This document shows positions 39,599 through 50,342 of a stretch of 64,000 nt of DNA, one piece after another. Made by a program: the position numbers and the translations under genes. The notes beneath the pieces were generated by a model. That model saw only the letters and a list, made by a program, of their open reading frames with translations. It did not search any database and had not been told where the DNA came from. The first letter of the stretch is position 1. Each line of letters begins with the position of its first letter. The stretch spans positions 15,977 to 79,976 of the forward strand of contig JBGSTT010000022.1 of the NCBI GenBank assembly GCA_041736385.1. The letters run 5' to 3'. The DNA is from Rhodoglobus sp. GTDB lineage: Bacteria > Actinomycetota > Actinomycetes > Actinomycetales > Microbacteriaceae.

Positions 39599-41410
39599 AT
39601 GACCGTCGAGAGTGCCCCGGACTCAGTCCTTCCTGCGTCGCTGGCAGAGCCGACGATTCCCGGTACTGAGTGGTGGCGTACTGCGGTGATTTACCAGATC
39701 TATCCGCGGTCATTCGCCGACTCCAACGGAGATGGCGTCGGCGACCTCGAAGGCATTATGCGTCGGTTACCGGCACTCGCAGAGCTCGGTATCGACGCCA
39801 TCTGGCTTTCCCCATTCGTGCGGTCTCCCCAAAAAGACGCCGGCTATGACGTCTCGGATTACTGCGACGTCGACCCGATCTTCGGCACGCTCTCCGACTT
39901 CGACGAGCTGTTGGCAGAGGCGCACGCCCTCGGACTCAAGGTCATTGTGGACATCGTCCCGAACCACACCTCTGACCAGCATCGGTGGTTCCAGGAGGCT
40001 CTCGCGGCGCCGGAAGGCTCGCCTGAGCGCGCCCGCTATATCTTCCGCGACGGCAAGGGCAAGAACGGCGACACCCCGCCCAACAACTGGGAGTCGGTGT
40101 TTGGCGGCGGCATGTGGAACCGGGTAACGCGCCACGACGGCACCCCAGGACAGTGGTACCTCCACATCTTCGACGCGTCGCAGCCCGACCTCAACTGGGA
40201 GAACCGCTGGGTTCGCGACCAATTCGAGGCTATCCTGCGCTTCTGGCTCGACCGCGGCGTGGACGGTTTTCGAGTGGACGTTGCGCACGGCATGATCAAA
40301 GAAGCAGGCCTTCCCGACTACACGCCGCCGGTCGAAACTGGCAGCATGGGCGGCACCGCTCCGATCGCGGATCCGGCCACGCGCGATCCGGCCACACTCG
40401 ATCCGGCCACGCTCGATCCGGCCAAAGCATCGTCAGGCAATCCCGAGCCGAAGCCGGAACCGGAGCCGATCCCGGACCCGCCGTACTGGGGTCAGCCTGC
40501 TGTGCACGAGATCTGGCGAGAGTGGCACCGAGTGCTCGAGCAATACCCCGGCGACCGCGTGCTGTGCGCGGAGGCGTGGGTCGACCCACTGAGCAAGATG
40601 GCGCTGTGGGTGCGGCCAGACGAGATGAGCCAGGCTTTCAACTTCGACTACATGTTCGCCGAGTGGAGCGCTGTCGAGCAGCGCGCTGTAATCGACCGAT
40701 CGATCGATGCGTTTTCTGCCGTCGGCGCGCCAAGTACCTGGGTGTTGTCAAACCACGATGTCGTGCGACACGCGAGCCGCCTCGCACTGACGGCCGAGAA
40801 CCCTCAGGGGGCTGGCATTGGGCCCAACTCGCCAGGACAGCCGGATCCCGTTCTCGGGCTTCGCCGGGCTCGCGCCGCGTCATGCGTCATGCTGGCGTTG
40901 CCGGGCAGCAGCTATCTCTATCAGGGTGAAGAGCTCGGCTTGCCAGAGGTCATCGACTTGCCGGATGCCGCCAGACAAGACCCGACGTGGTTTCGCACCA
41001 AGGGCGAGAAGTACGGTCGAGACGGATGCCGCGTACCGATTCCCTGGGAAGCGGATGCGCCAGCGTACGGCTTCAACGACACCGGCGCATCCTGGTTGCC
41101 CCAGCCGAACGATTGGGCAAAGCTGGCTCGCGACGCCCAAACCGGCGTGCCAGGCAGCACCCTCGAGCTCTATCGCAGTGCGCTCGCATTGCGTCGCGAG
41201 TTCGCTCTCGCGTCTGGGATGGTCGAGTGGCTCGGCGGGTACGGGCCAGACGTGGTTGCTTTTCGCAACGGAAACGTCACGGTGCTCGCGAATCTCGGGC
41301 CGATCGCGGTCGAGTTGCCGATCGGTGGCGACATCATTCTGGCCAGTGAGAAGATCACGGGCGGGGCACTGCCGTCAGAGACGACCGTCTGGATCAGGAC
41401 CGTCGGCTAG
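39599..41410 (+). CDS. GH13 alpha-glucosidase
   Basis: YQIYPRSFAD, DIVPNHTS, GFRVDVAHG, AEAW, SNHD, YQGEELG, RDGCRVP. Confidence 0.94.
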   Translation: MTVESAPDSVLPASLAEPTIPGTEWWRTAVIYQIYPRSFADSNGDGVGDLEGIMRRLPALAELGIDAIWLSPFVRSPQKDAGYDVSDYCDVDPIFGTLSDFDELLAEAHALGLKVIVDIVPNHTSDQHRWFQEALAAPEGSPERARYIFRDGKGKNGDTPPNNWESVFGGGMWNRVTRHDGTPGQWYLHIFDASQPDLNWENRWVRDQFEAILRFWLDRGVDGFRVDVAHGMIKEAGLPDYTPPVETGSMGGTAPIADPATRDPATLDPATLDPAKASSGNPEPKPEPEPIPDPPYWGQPAVHEIWREWHRVLEQYPGDRVLCAEAWVDPLSKMALWVRPDEMSQAFNFDYMFAEWSAVEQRAVIDRSIDAFSAVGAPSTWVLSNHDVVRHASRLALTAENPQGAGIGPNSPGQPDPVLGLRRARAASCVMLALPGSSYLYQGEELGLPEVIDLPDAARQDPTWFRTKGEKYGRDGCRVPIPWEADAPAYGFNDTGASWLPQPNDWAKLARDAQTGVPGSTLELYRSALALRREFALASGMVEWLGGYGPDVVAFRNGNVTVLANLGPIAVELPIGGDIILASEKITGGALPSETTVWIRTVG

Positions 41411-42204
41411 TTGACCGTGTTGGCCTGAAGCCACGCGAACGGGTCGACCGAGACGCCGTCGAGGCGCACCTCGAAGTGCAGGTGGGCGCCGTAGGCGATG
41501 CCGGTGTCGCCGACGAGACCGAGGAAGTCGCCGACCTTGACCTCTTGACCGGCGACGATCGGGCTCGATCCAAGAACCATGTGCGCGTAGAGGGTATCGA
41601 GCCGTTGACCGTTGATGTTGTGGGTCAAGATCACGTACTGCCCGTAGATGTCATCCGCGGTGGAGATGGCTGCGACTCCGTCGGCGATCGCGTAGATCGG
41701 TGAACCACCGCCCGGGGTGAAGTCGACGCCCTTGTGGAAGCCGCCGTCGCGCGGACCGAACGGCGAGCTGACCGGCACAGAGTATGGGAACGGCCATCGG
41801 ACGGCGCCCGTTGTCGCCGCGTAGGTGTAGTCGACCGCCGAGTACTTCGCTCGCAACAGCTCGGCATAAGAGGTCACGCTGTAGCCGTCGCGGGCCGGAG
41901 CCGCAACGATGGCATCATCGGCGACCGCGAGGCTTTGAACCTCGCCGACATCAGCGCTCGACAGGAACTGCTCGTCGCCCACGGCCGACGCCTCCGACCA
42001 AAAGAGGTTGGCGGGAGTAGAAAGGCCGACGAGCATCGCCGCCGCGAAGAGCATCGCACCCATCGATACCAGGGAGGACCGCGCCCGCTTCGCCGTTGCG
42101 GCTGGCTTGCGCCGCGGCGAGCGGGCATTGCCCTTCCTGGCTTTCGTTGTCGATTCTGCCTCCCGCAATTGCCTGCGAGTGGGCGGGGTAGCTCGGTCGG
42201 TCAT
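41407..42204 (-). CDS. M23 family metallopeptidase
   Basis: HKGVD (HxxxD), YAHM, GAHLHFE (HxH). Confidence 0.92.
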   Translation of the reverse strand: MTDRATPPTRRQLREAESTTKARKGNARSPRRKPAATAKRARSSLVSMGAMLFAAAMLVGLSTPANLFWSEASAVGDEQFLSSADVGEVQSLAVADDAIVAAPARDGYSVTSYAELLRAKYSAVDYTYAATTGAVRWPFPYSVPVSSPFGPRDGGFHKGVDFTPGGGSPIYAIADGVAAISTADDIYGQYVILTHNINGQRLDTLYAHMVLGSSPIVAGQEVKVGDFLGLVGDTGIAYGAHLHFEVRLDGVSVDPFAWLQANTVN

Positions 42205-42426
42205 CTAGCCCACGACCCTGCACAAGGCATTCCGAGTTGACCGTCACCGAGCGGCAGAAACACGCGTCGTGACATCGAATCTCCTCTAAAAAGTGCCAGC
42301 GGCATCCGATGCCTAGCGCTCTTTCTTCGGGGGTAACCTGCCGACACTTAGATCAAACAGGAAGTTACGGGTCCCTAAGGTTACCGCGTCGTGCCGGTGA
42401 TGGCCACCCAAACGTTCGGTGTCGGC

Positions 42427-43227
42427 TCAGTACCCGAGTTGATTAAGCACCGACTCGAGCCGCCCAGCCAGGTCCGGCTCGGCCGCGAGGATGAACTCGG
42501 TGTCTGGCTCGGCATCTGCCCAGCCCTTCACTGTCGCTCCGGCCTCGCGCGCAATAAGCGTTCCAGCGGCGTGATCCCAGGGGCTCAGGGTGCGCTCGAA
42601 GTAGGCGTTCAATCGGCCGGATGCCACAAAGCACAGGTCAAGCGACGCCGTGCCCAGTCGCCGAATGTCGCGCACCTGCGGCAGGAGTTGAGCGATGACC
42701 GCACCCTGATGCGCCCGCATCTCGGACGCGTAGGCGAAGCCGGTCCCGATCAGCGCGGTGGACAGCTCAACGCGCGGAGCGACACGAACGCTCGCCGACC
42801 CAAGGAACGCACCTCCCCCGGCCGTGGCAGTGAAGAGTTCACCGGTCGCCGGGTTCACAACGCATGCCGCAAGCGCCCGCCAGGTCTGCGGATTCGGCTC
42901 TCCCTCAACGACCGCGATGCTTACCGCGTAGTGCGGAATTCCGTAGAGATAGTTGACGGTGCCATCGATGGGGTCGACGATCCAGGTGAGTCCGCTTGAG
43001 CCAGTTGTGGCCGTGCTCTCTTCACCGAGGAATCCGTCGTCGGGACGAGCATCCGCGATCAATGCACGAATGAGCGTTTCGGTGTCGCGGTCCGCCTGCG
43101 TCACGATGTCGACCGGCGTCGACTTCGTCGCGGCTACGTTGACGCCTGCAGCGCGCGCTGAGCGAGCAAGCTCAGACGCTTGGGTCGCGACCGAACGGGC
43201 GATGGTAAGGAGTTGATCATCGGCCAC
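42427..43227 (-). CDS. Inositol monophosphatase family protein (SuhB-like)
   Basis: VTQAD, LGEE, WIVDPIDGTVNY, WDHAAG. Confidence 0.92.
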   Translation of the reverse strand: MADDQLLTIARSVATQASELARSARAAGVNVAATKSTPVDIVTQADRDTETLIRALIADARPDDGFLGEESTATTGSSGLTWIVDPIDGTVNYLYGIPHYAVSIAVVEGEPNPQTWRALAACVVNPATGELFTATAGGGAFLGSASVRVAPRVELSTALIGTGFAYASEMRAHQGAVIAQLLPQVRDIRRLGTASLDLCFVASGRLNAYFERTLSPWDHAAGTLIAREAGATVKGWADAEPDTEFILAAEPDLAGRLESVLNQLGY

Positions 43228-43323
43228 GTTGCAAGCCTAGGCTTTCCCAACGGTGTCTTACGAACTCGTGACAGCAGGGGGGTTCACGCGAGATCCCAAG
43301 CTCTGACATGTCAGTCTGGGGTC

Positions 43324-43857
43324 ATGAAGAATCGTGTCATTGTCATCATTGTCGCCCTGGCCGTTGTGCTCGTCGGGACTGTCGGCGTGTTCGCAGCCAC
43401 CCGACCAGCCACAGAACCGACCGCTGGGAGTTCGGCGAGCGAACCAGCAGCGGTGTCCGAGCAGCCGCAGGCACCGAGCGATGCCGAGACCGGCGACGCG
43501 TCTGCAGATCCTGCAGTCGGCGATGCTGCGTCTGGAGATGCTGCGGCGTCGACTGGCACCTACGTCGAGTACAGCGACACGGCGATCGCAAGCGCTCAGG
43601 GACGAACGTTCCTGTTCTTCCACGCATCGTGGTGCCCGATCTGCCGCACGCTCGACAGCGACATCCTCGCTAGTGGGGTGCCAGCCGACGTCACGATCAT
43701 CAAGGTCGATTACGACAGCCGCCAGGACTTGCGCCAGAAGTACGGTGTCACCCAGCAGACGACAATTGTTGAGGTGGATGCCGCCGGCAACGGCCTGCAG
43801 AACTACGTGGCCTACAACGACCCAACCCTGCAGACCGTGCTCGACGCGATGCTCTAG
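43324..43857 (+). CDS. Membrane-anchored thioredoxin-family protein
   Basis: N-terminal TM, Ala/Ser/Pro linker, FFHASWCPIC. Confidence 0.87.
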   Translation: MKNRVIVIIVALAVVLVGTVGVFAATRPATEPTAGSSASEPAAVSEQPQAPSDAETGDASADPAVGDAASGDAAASTGTYVEYSDTAIASAQGRTFLFFHASWCPICRTLDSDILASGVPADVTIIKVDYDSRQDLRQKYGVTQQTTIVEVDAAGNGLQNYVAYNDPTLQTVLDAML

Positions 43858-43863
43858 GCAACG

Positions 43864-44613
43864 ATGTCAGCACTCCTCCTGCTCTCGTTCGTCGCGGGCA
43901 TCCTCACTGTTGCTGCGCCGTGTGTGCTGCCGCTGCTACCGGTAATCGTCGGTGGATCGGCCGTTCGGGCGAATTCTGACAACGGCTTGGCTCAGCGCCA
44001 ATGGTTCCGACCTGTCGTCATCGCATCGAGTCTTGCCGTCTCGGTCGTGATCTTCACGCTCCTGCTGAAAGCGACCACCGCGCTGCTCGGAGTGCCTCAG
44101 TTCGTCTGGCAGCTCATCGCTGGCGGCATCGTCCTCATCTTCGGTCTGACCCTCGTGTTCCCGGTGATCTGGGAGCGGGTCATGATGGCGACGGGCCTGC
44201 AGAATCGGGCGAACAGCGCGCTAGATAGCTCGTACCGTCGCGGCGGCGTTGGCGGCGACATTCTGCTCGGAGCCGCGCTCGGTCCAACCTTCGCCAGTTG
44301 CTCGCCAACCTACGCACTCATCCTCGCGACCGTGCTGCCGGTGTCGTTCGCAGAAGGCGTGCTGTATATCGTCGTCTATGCGCTCGGGCTTGCGCTTGCG
44401 CTTCTGTTGGTCGCGTTCCTCGGTGGTGCATTCGCCCGCAAGCTCGGCTGGCTATCATCGCCGAGTGGCTGGTTCCGCCGCGTCGTCGGCATCCTCTTCA
44501 TCGTTGTCGGGCTCGCCGTCATTCTCGGACTCGACAAGCAGTTTCAGACCTTCGTGCTCGACCAAGGCTGGTACGACCCGATCAAGAACTTCGAGGAAGG
44601 CCTCACCGGCTAG
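43864..44613 (+). CDS. CcdA/DsbD-type transmembrane electron transporter
   Basis: AGILTVAAPCVLPLLP and FASCSPTY cysteine motifs, six TM. Confidence 0.88.
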   Translation: MSALLLLSFVAGILTVAAPCVLPLLPVIVGGSAVRANSDNGLAQRQWFRPVVIASSLAVSVVIFTLLLKATTALLGVPQFVWQLIAGGIVLIFGLTLVFPVIWERVMMATGLQNRANSALDSSYRRGGVGGDILLGAALGPTFASCSPTYALILATVLPVSFAEGVLYIVVYALGLALALLLVAFLGGAFARKLGWLSSPSGWFRRVVGILFIVVGLAVILGLDKQFQTFVLDQGWYDPIKNFEEGLTG

Positions 44614-44637
44614 CGAACCTCTTAGCCCGCTAGAGGG

Positions 44638-47031
44638 TCATTGCGCCTGTGAAGCTGCGTGTGCCTGTGAAGCTGCGTGTGCCTGTGAAGCCCCGGCTGT
44701 GCCTTTGAAGCTGCGGAGGCGCAGACTGTTGCTCACGACGAAGACAGACGACAACGCCATTGCTGCCCCTGCAATAAGCGGGTTGAGGAGTCCAAGCATT
44801 GCCAGAGGGATCGCCGCCACGTTATAGGCGAATGCCCAGAACAGGTTGGCCTTGATCGTGCCGAGCGTGCGTCTCGCCAGCCGAATTGCATCGGCGACTA
44901 CGATCAGGTCGCCACTCATCACGACGACGTCGCTCGCCGCCATTGCGGCATCCGTTCCGGCACCCATGGCGATTCCGAGGTCGGCGCTGGCGAGTGCGGC
45001 GGCGTCGTTGACACCGTCGCCAACCATCGCGACCGTGCGGCCCGCGGCCTGCAGTTCGCGGATCGTGTCGAGCTTGCCCTTGGGTGTGACCCCGGAACGC
45101 ACGTCGGCGATCCCAACGAGCGCACCCATTGCGACGGCCGACCCGGCGTTGTCTCCCGTGAGCAACACTGGTGTCAGGCCGAGTGCGATAAAGCGAGCCA
45201 CGGCAACCGCGCTCGTTGGCTTGACCGCGTCACCGAGACTGATGACGCCGCGCGCCTGTCCGTCCCACGCCACCATGACGGCCGTCTCGCCGCGCGCTTC
45301 TGCGGCCGTAACTGCTTCGCCAAGGGCCGACGGAACCGTCACCGACCAATCCTGCTCAAGCCATGATTGTCGTCCAACGACGACGAGTCGGCCGTCGACG
45401 ACGGCTTGGACGCCGAGTCCCTGAACCGAGGCGAACGACTCTGCCCCGGAAGGATCGATCCCGCGGTCTTCTGCGGCTGAGACAATTGCGCGAGCGACCG
45501 GATGCTCGGAGCCATACTCGGCGATCGCAGCGGCCCGTAACACCTCGGTGCTGGAGGCGTCGGCATCGCTTGCAGCCGCGTCGTTTGTATTCGCGTCGCC
45601 GGCAGCGTTTGTATTCGCGTCGCGGGCAGCGTTTGCAGCCGCGTCGCCGGCACCCGACGCGACGATGACGTTCGCCACGGTCATCCGGCCCGTCGTCACT
45701 GTGCCGGTCTTGTCGAGAACAATGGTGTCGATGGTGCGGGTCTGCTCAAGCACTTGAGGACCCCGGATCAGGATGCCCAATTGCGAGCCGCGTCCGGTTC
45801 CGACCAGGAGCGCGGTAGGCGTAGCGAGGCCAAGGGCACACGGACACGCGATGATGAGCGTCGCGATCGACGCGGTGAAGGCGACCGCCAACGACCCGCC
45901 TATGAACGCCCACCCCAGAAAGGTGAGTATCGCCAGACCGATCACAATCGGAACAAACACCGCCGAGACCCGATCTGCCAAGCGCTGAACTTGCGCCTTG
46001 CCGGTTTGAGCCTCCTCGACGAGTCGCCCCAACCGAGCAAGCTCCGTCTCGGACCCGACTCTCGTTACCTCGGCGACCAAACGCCCGCCGACGTTAATGG
46101 TGGCCCCGACCACGCGGTCGCCGACCGCCAGTTCGACCGGAATCGACTCGCCAGTGAGCATGCTCATGTCGGCAGCAGACACGCCTTCAACGATGATGCC
46201 GTCGGTGGCAATCTTTTCGCCGGGACGGATGACGAACCGATCGCCGACGACCAGCGAGTCGGCGGCAACCAAGGTCTCAACGCCATCGCGCAGCATGGTG
46301 GCTTCTTTCGCGCCGAGCTCGAGCAGCGCGCGCAGCGCAGCACCGGACTCGCGTTTCGCTCTGGCTTCGAAGTAGCGACCGGCGAGAATGAACACGGTGA
46401 CGGCCGAGGCGACCTCGAGATAGATATGACTCCCGCCGGAGCGCGGGTCTGTGATCAACTCAAACGTCATCTGCATGCCGGGCATGCCGGCCATCCCGAA
46501 GAACAAGGCGTAGAGCGACCAGCTGAACGCCGCAAGTACCCCGACGCTGATGAGCGTGTCCATGGTGGTTGCACCATGGCGCGCGTTCGTCCACGCTGCC
46601 TTGTGGAAAGGCCATGCTCCCCAGACGGCAACCGGCGAAGCGAGAGTGAGTGCCAGCCACTGCCAGTTCGTGAACTGGAGTGGTGGGACCATCGACAGCA
46701 CCACGACCGGCAGAGCCAGCGCGGCGGAGATTATGAGGCGGCGCTTGAGTGCCGCTGCCTCATCCTCGACAACAACGCCGCTCGCGTCGGACCCTGTTGC
46801 AGCAGCCGCAGTGTCCTTCGGTTTGCGCACCGTAGCCGCGTAGCCCGCGGCCGCCACGGCGGCAAGAAGGGTTTCGTTGTCGACGCCATCCGCGTGGACG
46901 CTCGCCTTTTCAGTCGCATAGTTCACGCTCGCCTCGACTCCGGGCAAACGATTGAGTTTGCGCTCGATCCTCGTGGCACACGAGGCGCACGTCATTCCAC
47001 TGATGTCGAGAACGACGTCAGAAGTGCTCAT
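44638..47031 (-). CDS. copA: Cu(I)-type P1B ATPase
   Basis: GMTCASC, TGES, CPC, DKTGT, SEHP, GDGVND, YN and MALSS. Confidence 0.93.
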   Translation of the reverse strand: MSTSDVVLDISGMTCASCATRIERKLNRLPGVEASVNYATEKASVHADGVDNETLLAAVAAAGYAATVRKPKDTAAAATGSDASGVVVEDEAAALKRRLIISAALALPVVVLSMVPPLQFTNWQWLALTLASPVAVWGAWPFHKAAWTNARHGATTMDTLISVGVLAAFSWSLYALFFGMAGMPGMQMTFELITDPRSGGSHIYLEVASAVTVFILAGRYFEARAKRESGAALRALLELGAKEATMLRDGVETLVAADSLVVGDRFVIRPGEKIATDGIIVEGVSAADMSMLTGESIPVELAVGDRVVGATINVGGRLVAEVTRVGSETELARLGRLVEEAQTGKAQVQRLADRVSAVFVPIVIGLAILTFLGWAFIGGSLAVAFTASIATLIIACPCALGLATPTALLVGTGRGSQLGILIRGPQVLEQTRTIDTIVLDKTGTVTTGRMTVANVIVASGAGDAAANAARDANTNAAGDANTNDAAASDADASSTEVLRAAAIAEYGSEHPVARAIVSAAEDRGIDPSGAESFASVQGLGVQAVVDGRLVVVGRQSWLEQDWSVTVPSALGEAVTAAEARGETAVMVAWDGQARGVISLGDAVKPTSAVAVARFIALGLTPVLLTGDNAGSAVAMGALVGIADVRSGVTPKGKLDTIRELQAAGRTVAMVGDGVNDAAALASADLGIAMGAGTDAAMAASDVVVMSGDLIVVADAIRLARRTLGTIKANLFWAFAYNVAAIPLAMLGLLNPLIAGAAMALSSVFVVSNSLRLRSFKGTAGASQAHAASQAHAASQAQ

Positions 47032-47288
47032 GACGCGGCGTCAGCCAACTCGTACCCGGCCTCGCTGATCGCTGCCTGCACCGCATCGGGATCGAGGGCT
47101 GCGCGACTCGCGACGGTCACCTTAGATGCTCCGCCAACGTTCAGCTCGACGACCACGTTTTCGACACTGTCAATGGCCGACAACTCCTCGGTGACGCTGG
47201 AGACGCAGTGGCTGCAGGTCATGCCAGAAACCAGGAACTCGGAGTTGATTGCGCGGGCGTCGTTTGCTGGAGCTGGGCTGGGGAACAT
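47028..47288 (-). CDS. copZ: Copper chaperone (HMA domain)
   Basis: GMTCSHC...EAGY. Confidence 0.88.
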   Translation of the reverse strand: MFPSPAPANDARAINSEFLVSGMTCSHCVSSVTEELSAIDSVENVVVELNVGGASKVTVASRAALDPDAVQAAISEAGYELADAAS

Positions 47289-47336
47289 GGTGTCTTCTTT
47301 CGCTGTGCTGGTTTGGCTGTGCTGGTTTGGCTGCTG

Positions 47337-47618
47337 TTAGGAACGCACGAGGCGGGCGATGGCATCCGACGCTTCCTTGATCTTCGTGTCGGCGACATCA
47401 CCACCTTCGCGGGCCGCTTCTGCGACACAGTGCGCGAGGTGGTCGGTGATCAGCGCGATCGCGACCGTTTCGAGGGCCTTGGTCGCCGCCGAGACCTGGG
47501 TTAGCACGTCGATGCAGTACGTGTCCTCTTCGACCATTCTGTGGATGCCTCGCACCTGACCTTCAGCGCGGCGCAGCCGCTTCAGCAAGTCCTGCTTGTC
47601 GTTTGTGTACCCGACCAA
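47337..47618 (-). CDS. csoR: CsoR-family metal-sensing repressor
   Basis: RLRRAEGQVRG, YCIDVLTQ, HLAHC; TTG start after GGAGG. Confidence 0.9.
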   Translation of the reverse strand: MVGYTNDKQDLLKRLRRAEGQVRGIHRMVEEDTYCIDVLTQVSAATKALETVAIALITDHLAHCVAEAAREGGDVADTKIKEASDAIARLVRS

Positions 47619-47630
47619 TTCCGCGCCTCC

Positions 47631-47649
47631 AATACCCCTAGGGGGTATT
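47631..47649. promoter_or_regulatory. CsoR operator
   Basis: AATACCCCTAGGGGGTATT: ATAC/GTAT arms around C and G tracts, directly upstream of csoR. Confidence 0.85.
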
Positions 47650-47703
47650 AACATTACGGCGCGGCGGCCATTCTGTCAACGGGATGCGCTTCGGGCGGCG
47701 GCG

Positions 47704-48858
47704 TCAGGCTGCGGCGGCCTCGTGCCGCGGAAGACGCACGTCGAACCGGGAACCGCCCGGCACGTTCTCAACCGTGACCGCACCAGAGTGTGCCTCGACG
47801 ATGCCGTGCACGATGGCGAGTCCGAAGCCAGCACCCGGCGAACCGTCCCACTCTTGCTCAGGGGTACGCGCGGCTGTGCCACGCCATCCGGCCTGAAAGA
47901 CCTTCGAGAGATCAGCTTCTGGGATGCCACCACCGGCGTCCTCGACGCTGAGCACGACCTCGTCGGCGGAGCCGTGACCCGTTGAGACCGAAATCACGCT
48001 TCCTGGAGGCGAGTGCTGGATGGCATTCATCAGCAGGTTGCCGACGACCCGCGCCAGTTCACGGGGATCGCCAACCACCATGAAGTCTCCGCCCGTCGGG
48101 GCGATGAGCGCGATCTCCCGCGACCGGGCCAACGCGCCCAACTCAGCAACCGCGTCACTCGCCAAGTCGTAGAGCGAGAGCGGCTCCATGTTGAGAGTGA
48201 GGGCACCAGAGTTGATCTTCGACAGCTCGAAGAGATCATCAACCATCGCAGAAAGGTGGTCAACCTGCGAGCGCATCTGCCGGTGGAAACGGTGCGGGTC
48301 ATCGGCCATGTTGTCTTCGAGGGCTTCTGCCATGGCGCGCAGTCCCGCCAGCGGGGTGCGCAGGTCGTGCGAAATCCACGCGACGAGTTCTCGTCGGCTC
48401 GCGTCGATTGATTCGACTTCTTCTCTAGCTCTTGCCAGGCGATTACTGGTCTCGGCTAGGTCTGCGGCCAGAGTCGCGAACTCGTTCGTCTCACTCGGAG
48501 TGGTTGGTGCCGCGACCCGTTCACCGTCGCCGAGTGCGCGGGCGAGCGTCCGAAGCCGGTTGTTGTTGCGTGCAAAGGCGCGGCCAAGCACGAGTGCGAC
48601 CCCGAGGGAGACGATGGCTGATGCCCCGGTGAAGGCGAACATAACGATGAGGTCGTAACTGGAGATGTACATCGCGCTGGATGCTGCGATCATTCCGACC
48701 GTCACCGAGAGGATGACCGAGGCAACAACGATCAGCAACTGCGCCATCATCGAGGCCCCGCGCGCGAGGCGCAGTATGAAAAGCCCGATGCCGCCAACAA
48801 CGACGGCGCAGAGCAGGGCGGTTCCTGCGATAGTCGCGAGATCAACCGGGGACAGCAT
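47704..48858 (-). CDS. Sensor histidine kinase
   Basis: WISHDLRTPL, NLLMNAI, DAGGGI, GAGFGL; three N-terminal TM. Confidence 0.92.
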   Translation of the reverse strand: MLSPVDLATIAGTALLCAVVVGGIGLFILRLARGASMMAQLLIVVASVILSVTVGMIAASSAMYISSYDLIVMFAFTGASAIVSLGVALVLGRAFARNNNRLRTLARALGDGERVAAPTTPSETNEFATLAADLAETSNRLARAREEVESIDASRRELVAWISHDLRTPLAGLRAMAEALEDNMADDPHRFHRQMRSQVDHLSAMVDDLFELSKINSGALTLNMEPLSLYDLASDAVAELGALARSREIALIAPTGGDFMVVGDPRELARVVGNLLMNAIQHSPPGSVISVSTGHGSADEVVLSVEDAGGGIPEADLSKVFQAGWRGTAARTPEQEWDGSPGAGFGLAIVHGIVEAHSGAVTVENVPGGSRFDVRLPRHEAAAA

Positions 48859-48861
48859 CGG

Positions 48862-49584
48862 CTACTCCACGGCGAGACGGTAGCCGACGCCCCACACGGT
48901 TACTAGGATCGTCGGGTTGGTCGGGTCGGCCTCGATCTTCTCGCGCACGCGTCGCACCGTCACAGTGACCGTCGACAGATCGCCAAACTCCCAGTGCCAG
49001 ACTGCTCGCAGCAGTTGCTCGCGGCTGAACGCCTGTCGCGGATGCTTCAACAGGAACGAGAACAGGTCGAACTCGCGCGCAGACAGCGCGAGTTCCTCGC
49101 CGCCCTTCGTGATGATACGAGCAGAAGGGTCGAGCGAGAACTCGCCAAGCTCGAATGCAGCCTCCGGGGTCAACTCGCTCACACTGCGTCGCAGAATCGA
49201 TTGCACGCGCAACACCAACTCGCGTGGTGAGAACGGTTTGGTCAGGTAGTCGTCGGCGCCAGCCTCGAGGCCGGAGATGCGATCTTCGGTCGAGCCCATC
49301 GCGGTCAGCATGATGATCGGCACGGTTGTTGTGGCCCGGATGCGACGGCAGAGTTCTGCGCCATCGATGCCCGGCAGCATCCGGTCGAGTACTACGAGGT
49401 CGGGCGCGATCCGCTCAAGCTCGGCGAGGGCTGCAAACCCGTCGCCCGTCGAGCCGACGATGAAGCCGGCAGCCTCCAAGTAACTGACGGCCACCTCGCG
49501 CACGGTCGGGTCATCTTCGACGACGAGCACGCGCCGATCTGCAAGCACGTTGTTGCGCTGCGCAATCGGGGCAAGAGAACTCAC
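48862..49584 (-). CDS. OmpR-family response regulator
   Basis: VVEDD, VLDRMLP, KPFS, TVWGVGY. Confidence 0.93.
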   Translation of the reverse strand: MSSLAPIAQRNNVLADRRVLVVEDDPTVREVAVSYLEAAGFIVGSTGDGFAALAELERIAPDLVVLDRMLPGIDGAELCRRIRATTTVPIIMLTAMGSTEDRISGLEAGADDYLTKPFSPRELVLRVQSILRRSVSELTPEAAFELGEFSLDPSARIITKGGEELALSAREFDLFSFLLKHPRQAFSREQLLRAVWHWEFGDLSTVTVTVRRVREKIEADPTNPTILVTVWGVGYRLAVE

Positions 49585-49694
49585 ACTTCAGGATAGGTTC
49601 ACTGGCCGCATTGCCGCAGTACTATCGTGCGGTTTGCTCGTGGTCGTCCCCGATTTGTAATGAGTACATGAACTGCACGGTTCGACCGCAGGCG

Positions 49695-50282
49695 CTACCG
49701 AGCTGCTGCCGCGATGATCATCTCGACTAGCGATTCAAGGCCGCGTCGGCGTGCCGCCACGGTGTGCGACTCAGTCTCGAACGCCAACATCACGCTTCCC
49801 GAGATGACCGTGTCCAGCTGATCGGCTATGCAATCGATTGCCGCCTCTGGAATGCCTTCCTCGACGAGAAGTGCCCGGATAGCGGCTTCCCACTTCTCGT
49901 TGAACTTCGTCAGTTCGCTTCGCAGTATCGGATCGCGTTGTGCGCCGATAATCACCTGCATCCAGAAGTGGCGCGGTCGGGAGGGACTATCGAACACGGT
50001 GTATGCGATGACCGTGCGGAGGGCGTCAAACCCGGTTAGACCATCGATCGCGCGAAGTCGACCCTGTTCGAATCGCGATAGTTCGTCGCTCACCGCTCGC
50101 CTAATGAGCTGTTCGCGCGTCAGAAAGTAGTGCGTGATTGCGGTGGTTGACGTGCCAAGTTCACGGGCGATCGAGCGGATGGTAACGTCTTCGAACCCGC
50201 GGGCCGAGGCAATATCTACGACGGCGCGCGAAACATCGGCCTGGCGTTCTTCTGGCTCAACCTTCAGTGGCACAAGGTCCAT
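49695..50282 (-). CDS. TetR/BetI-like transcriptional regulator
   Basis: GFEDVTIRSIARELGTSTTAITHYF HTH; start trimmed. Confidence 0.85.
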   Translation of the reverse strand: MDLVPLKVEPEERQADVSRAVVDIASARGFEDVTIRSIARELGTSTTAITHYFLTREQLIRRAVSDELSRFEQGRLRAIDGLTGFDALRTVIAYTVFDSPSRPRHFWMQVIIGAQRDPILRSELTKFNEKWEAAIRALLVEEGIPEAAIDCIADQLDTVISGSVMLAFETESHTVAARRRGLESLVEMIIAAAAR

Positions 50283-50304
50283 CTTGCAGTACCCGACCTC
50301 TTTA

Positions 50305-50334
50305 TGCAACACTTGTTGTACAACAGACGTATTA
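50305..50334. promoter_or_regulatory. Putative TetR operator between divergent genes
   Basis: TGCAACACTTGTTGTA overlapping TGTTGTACAACA palindromes. Confidence 0.6.
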
Positions 50335-50342
50335 GGAGTGAA

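Noticed and set aside
42287-42426. Riboswitch (for example c-di-AMP) upstream of the M23 peptidase
   Set aside because: No recognisable consensus by eye; an Rfam cmscan would be needed
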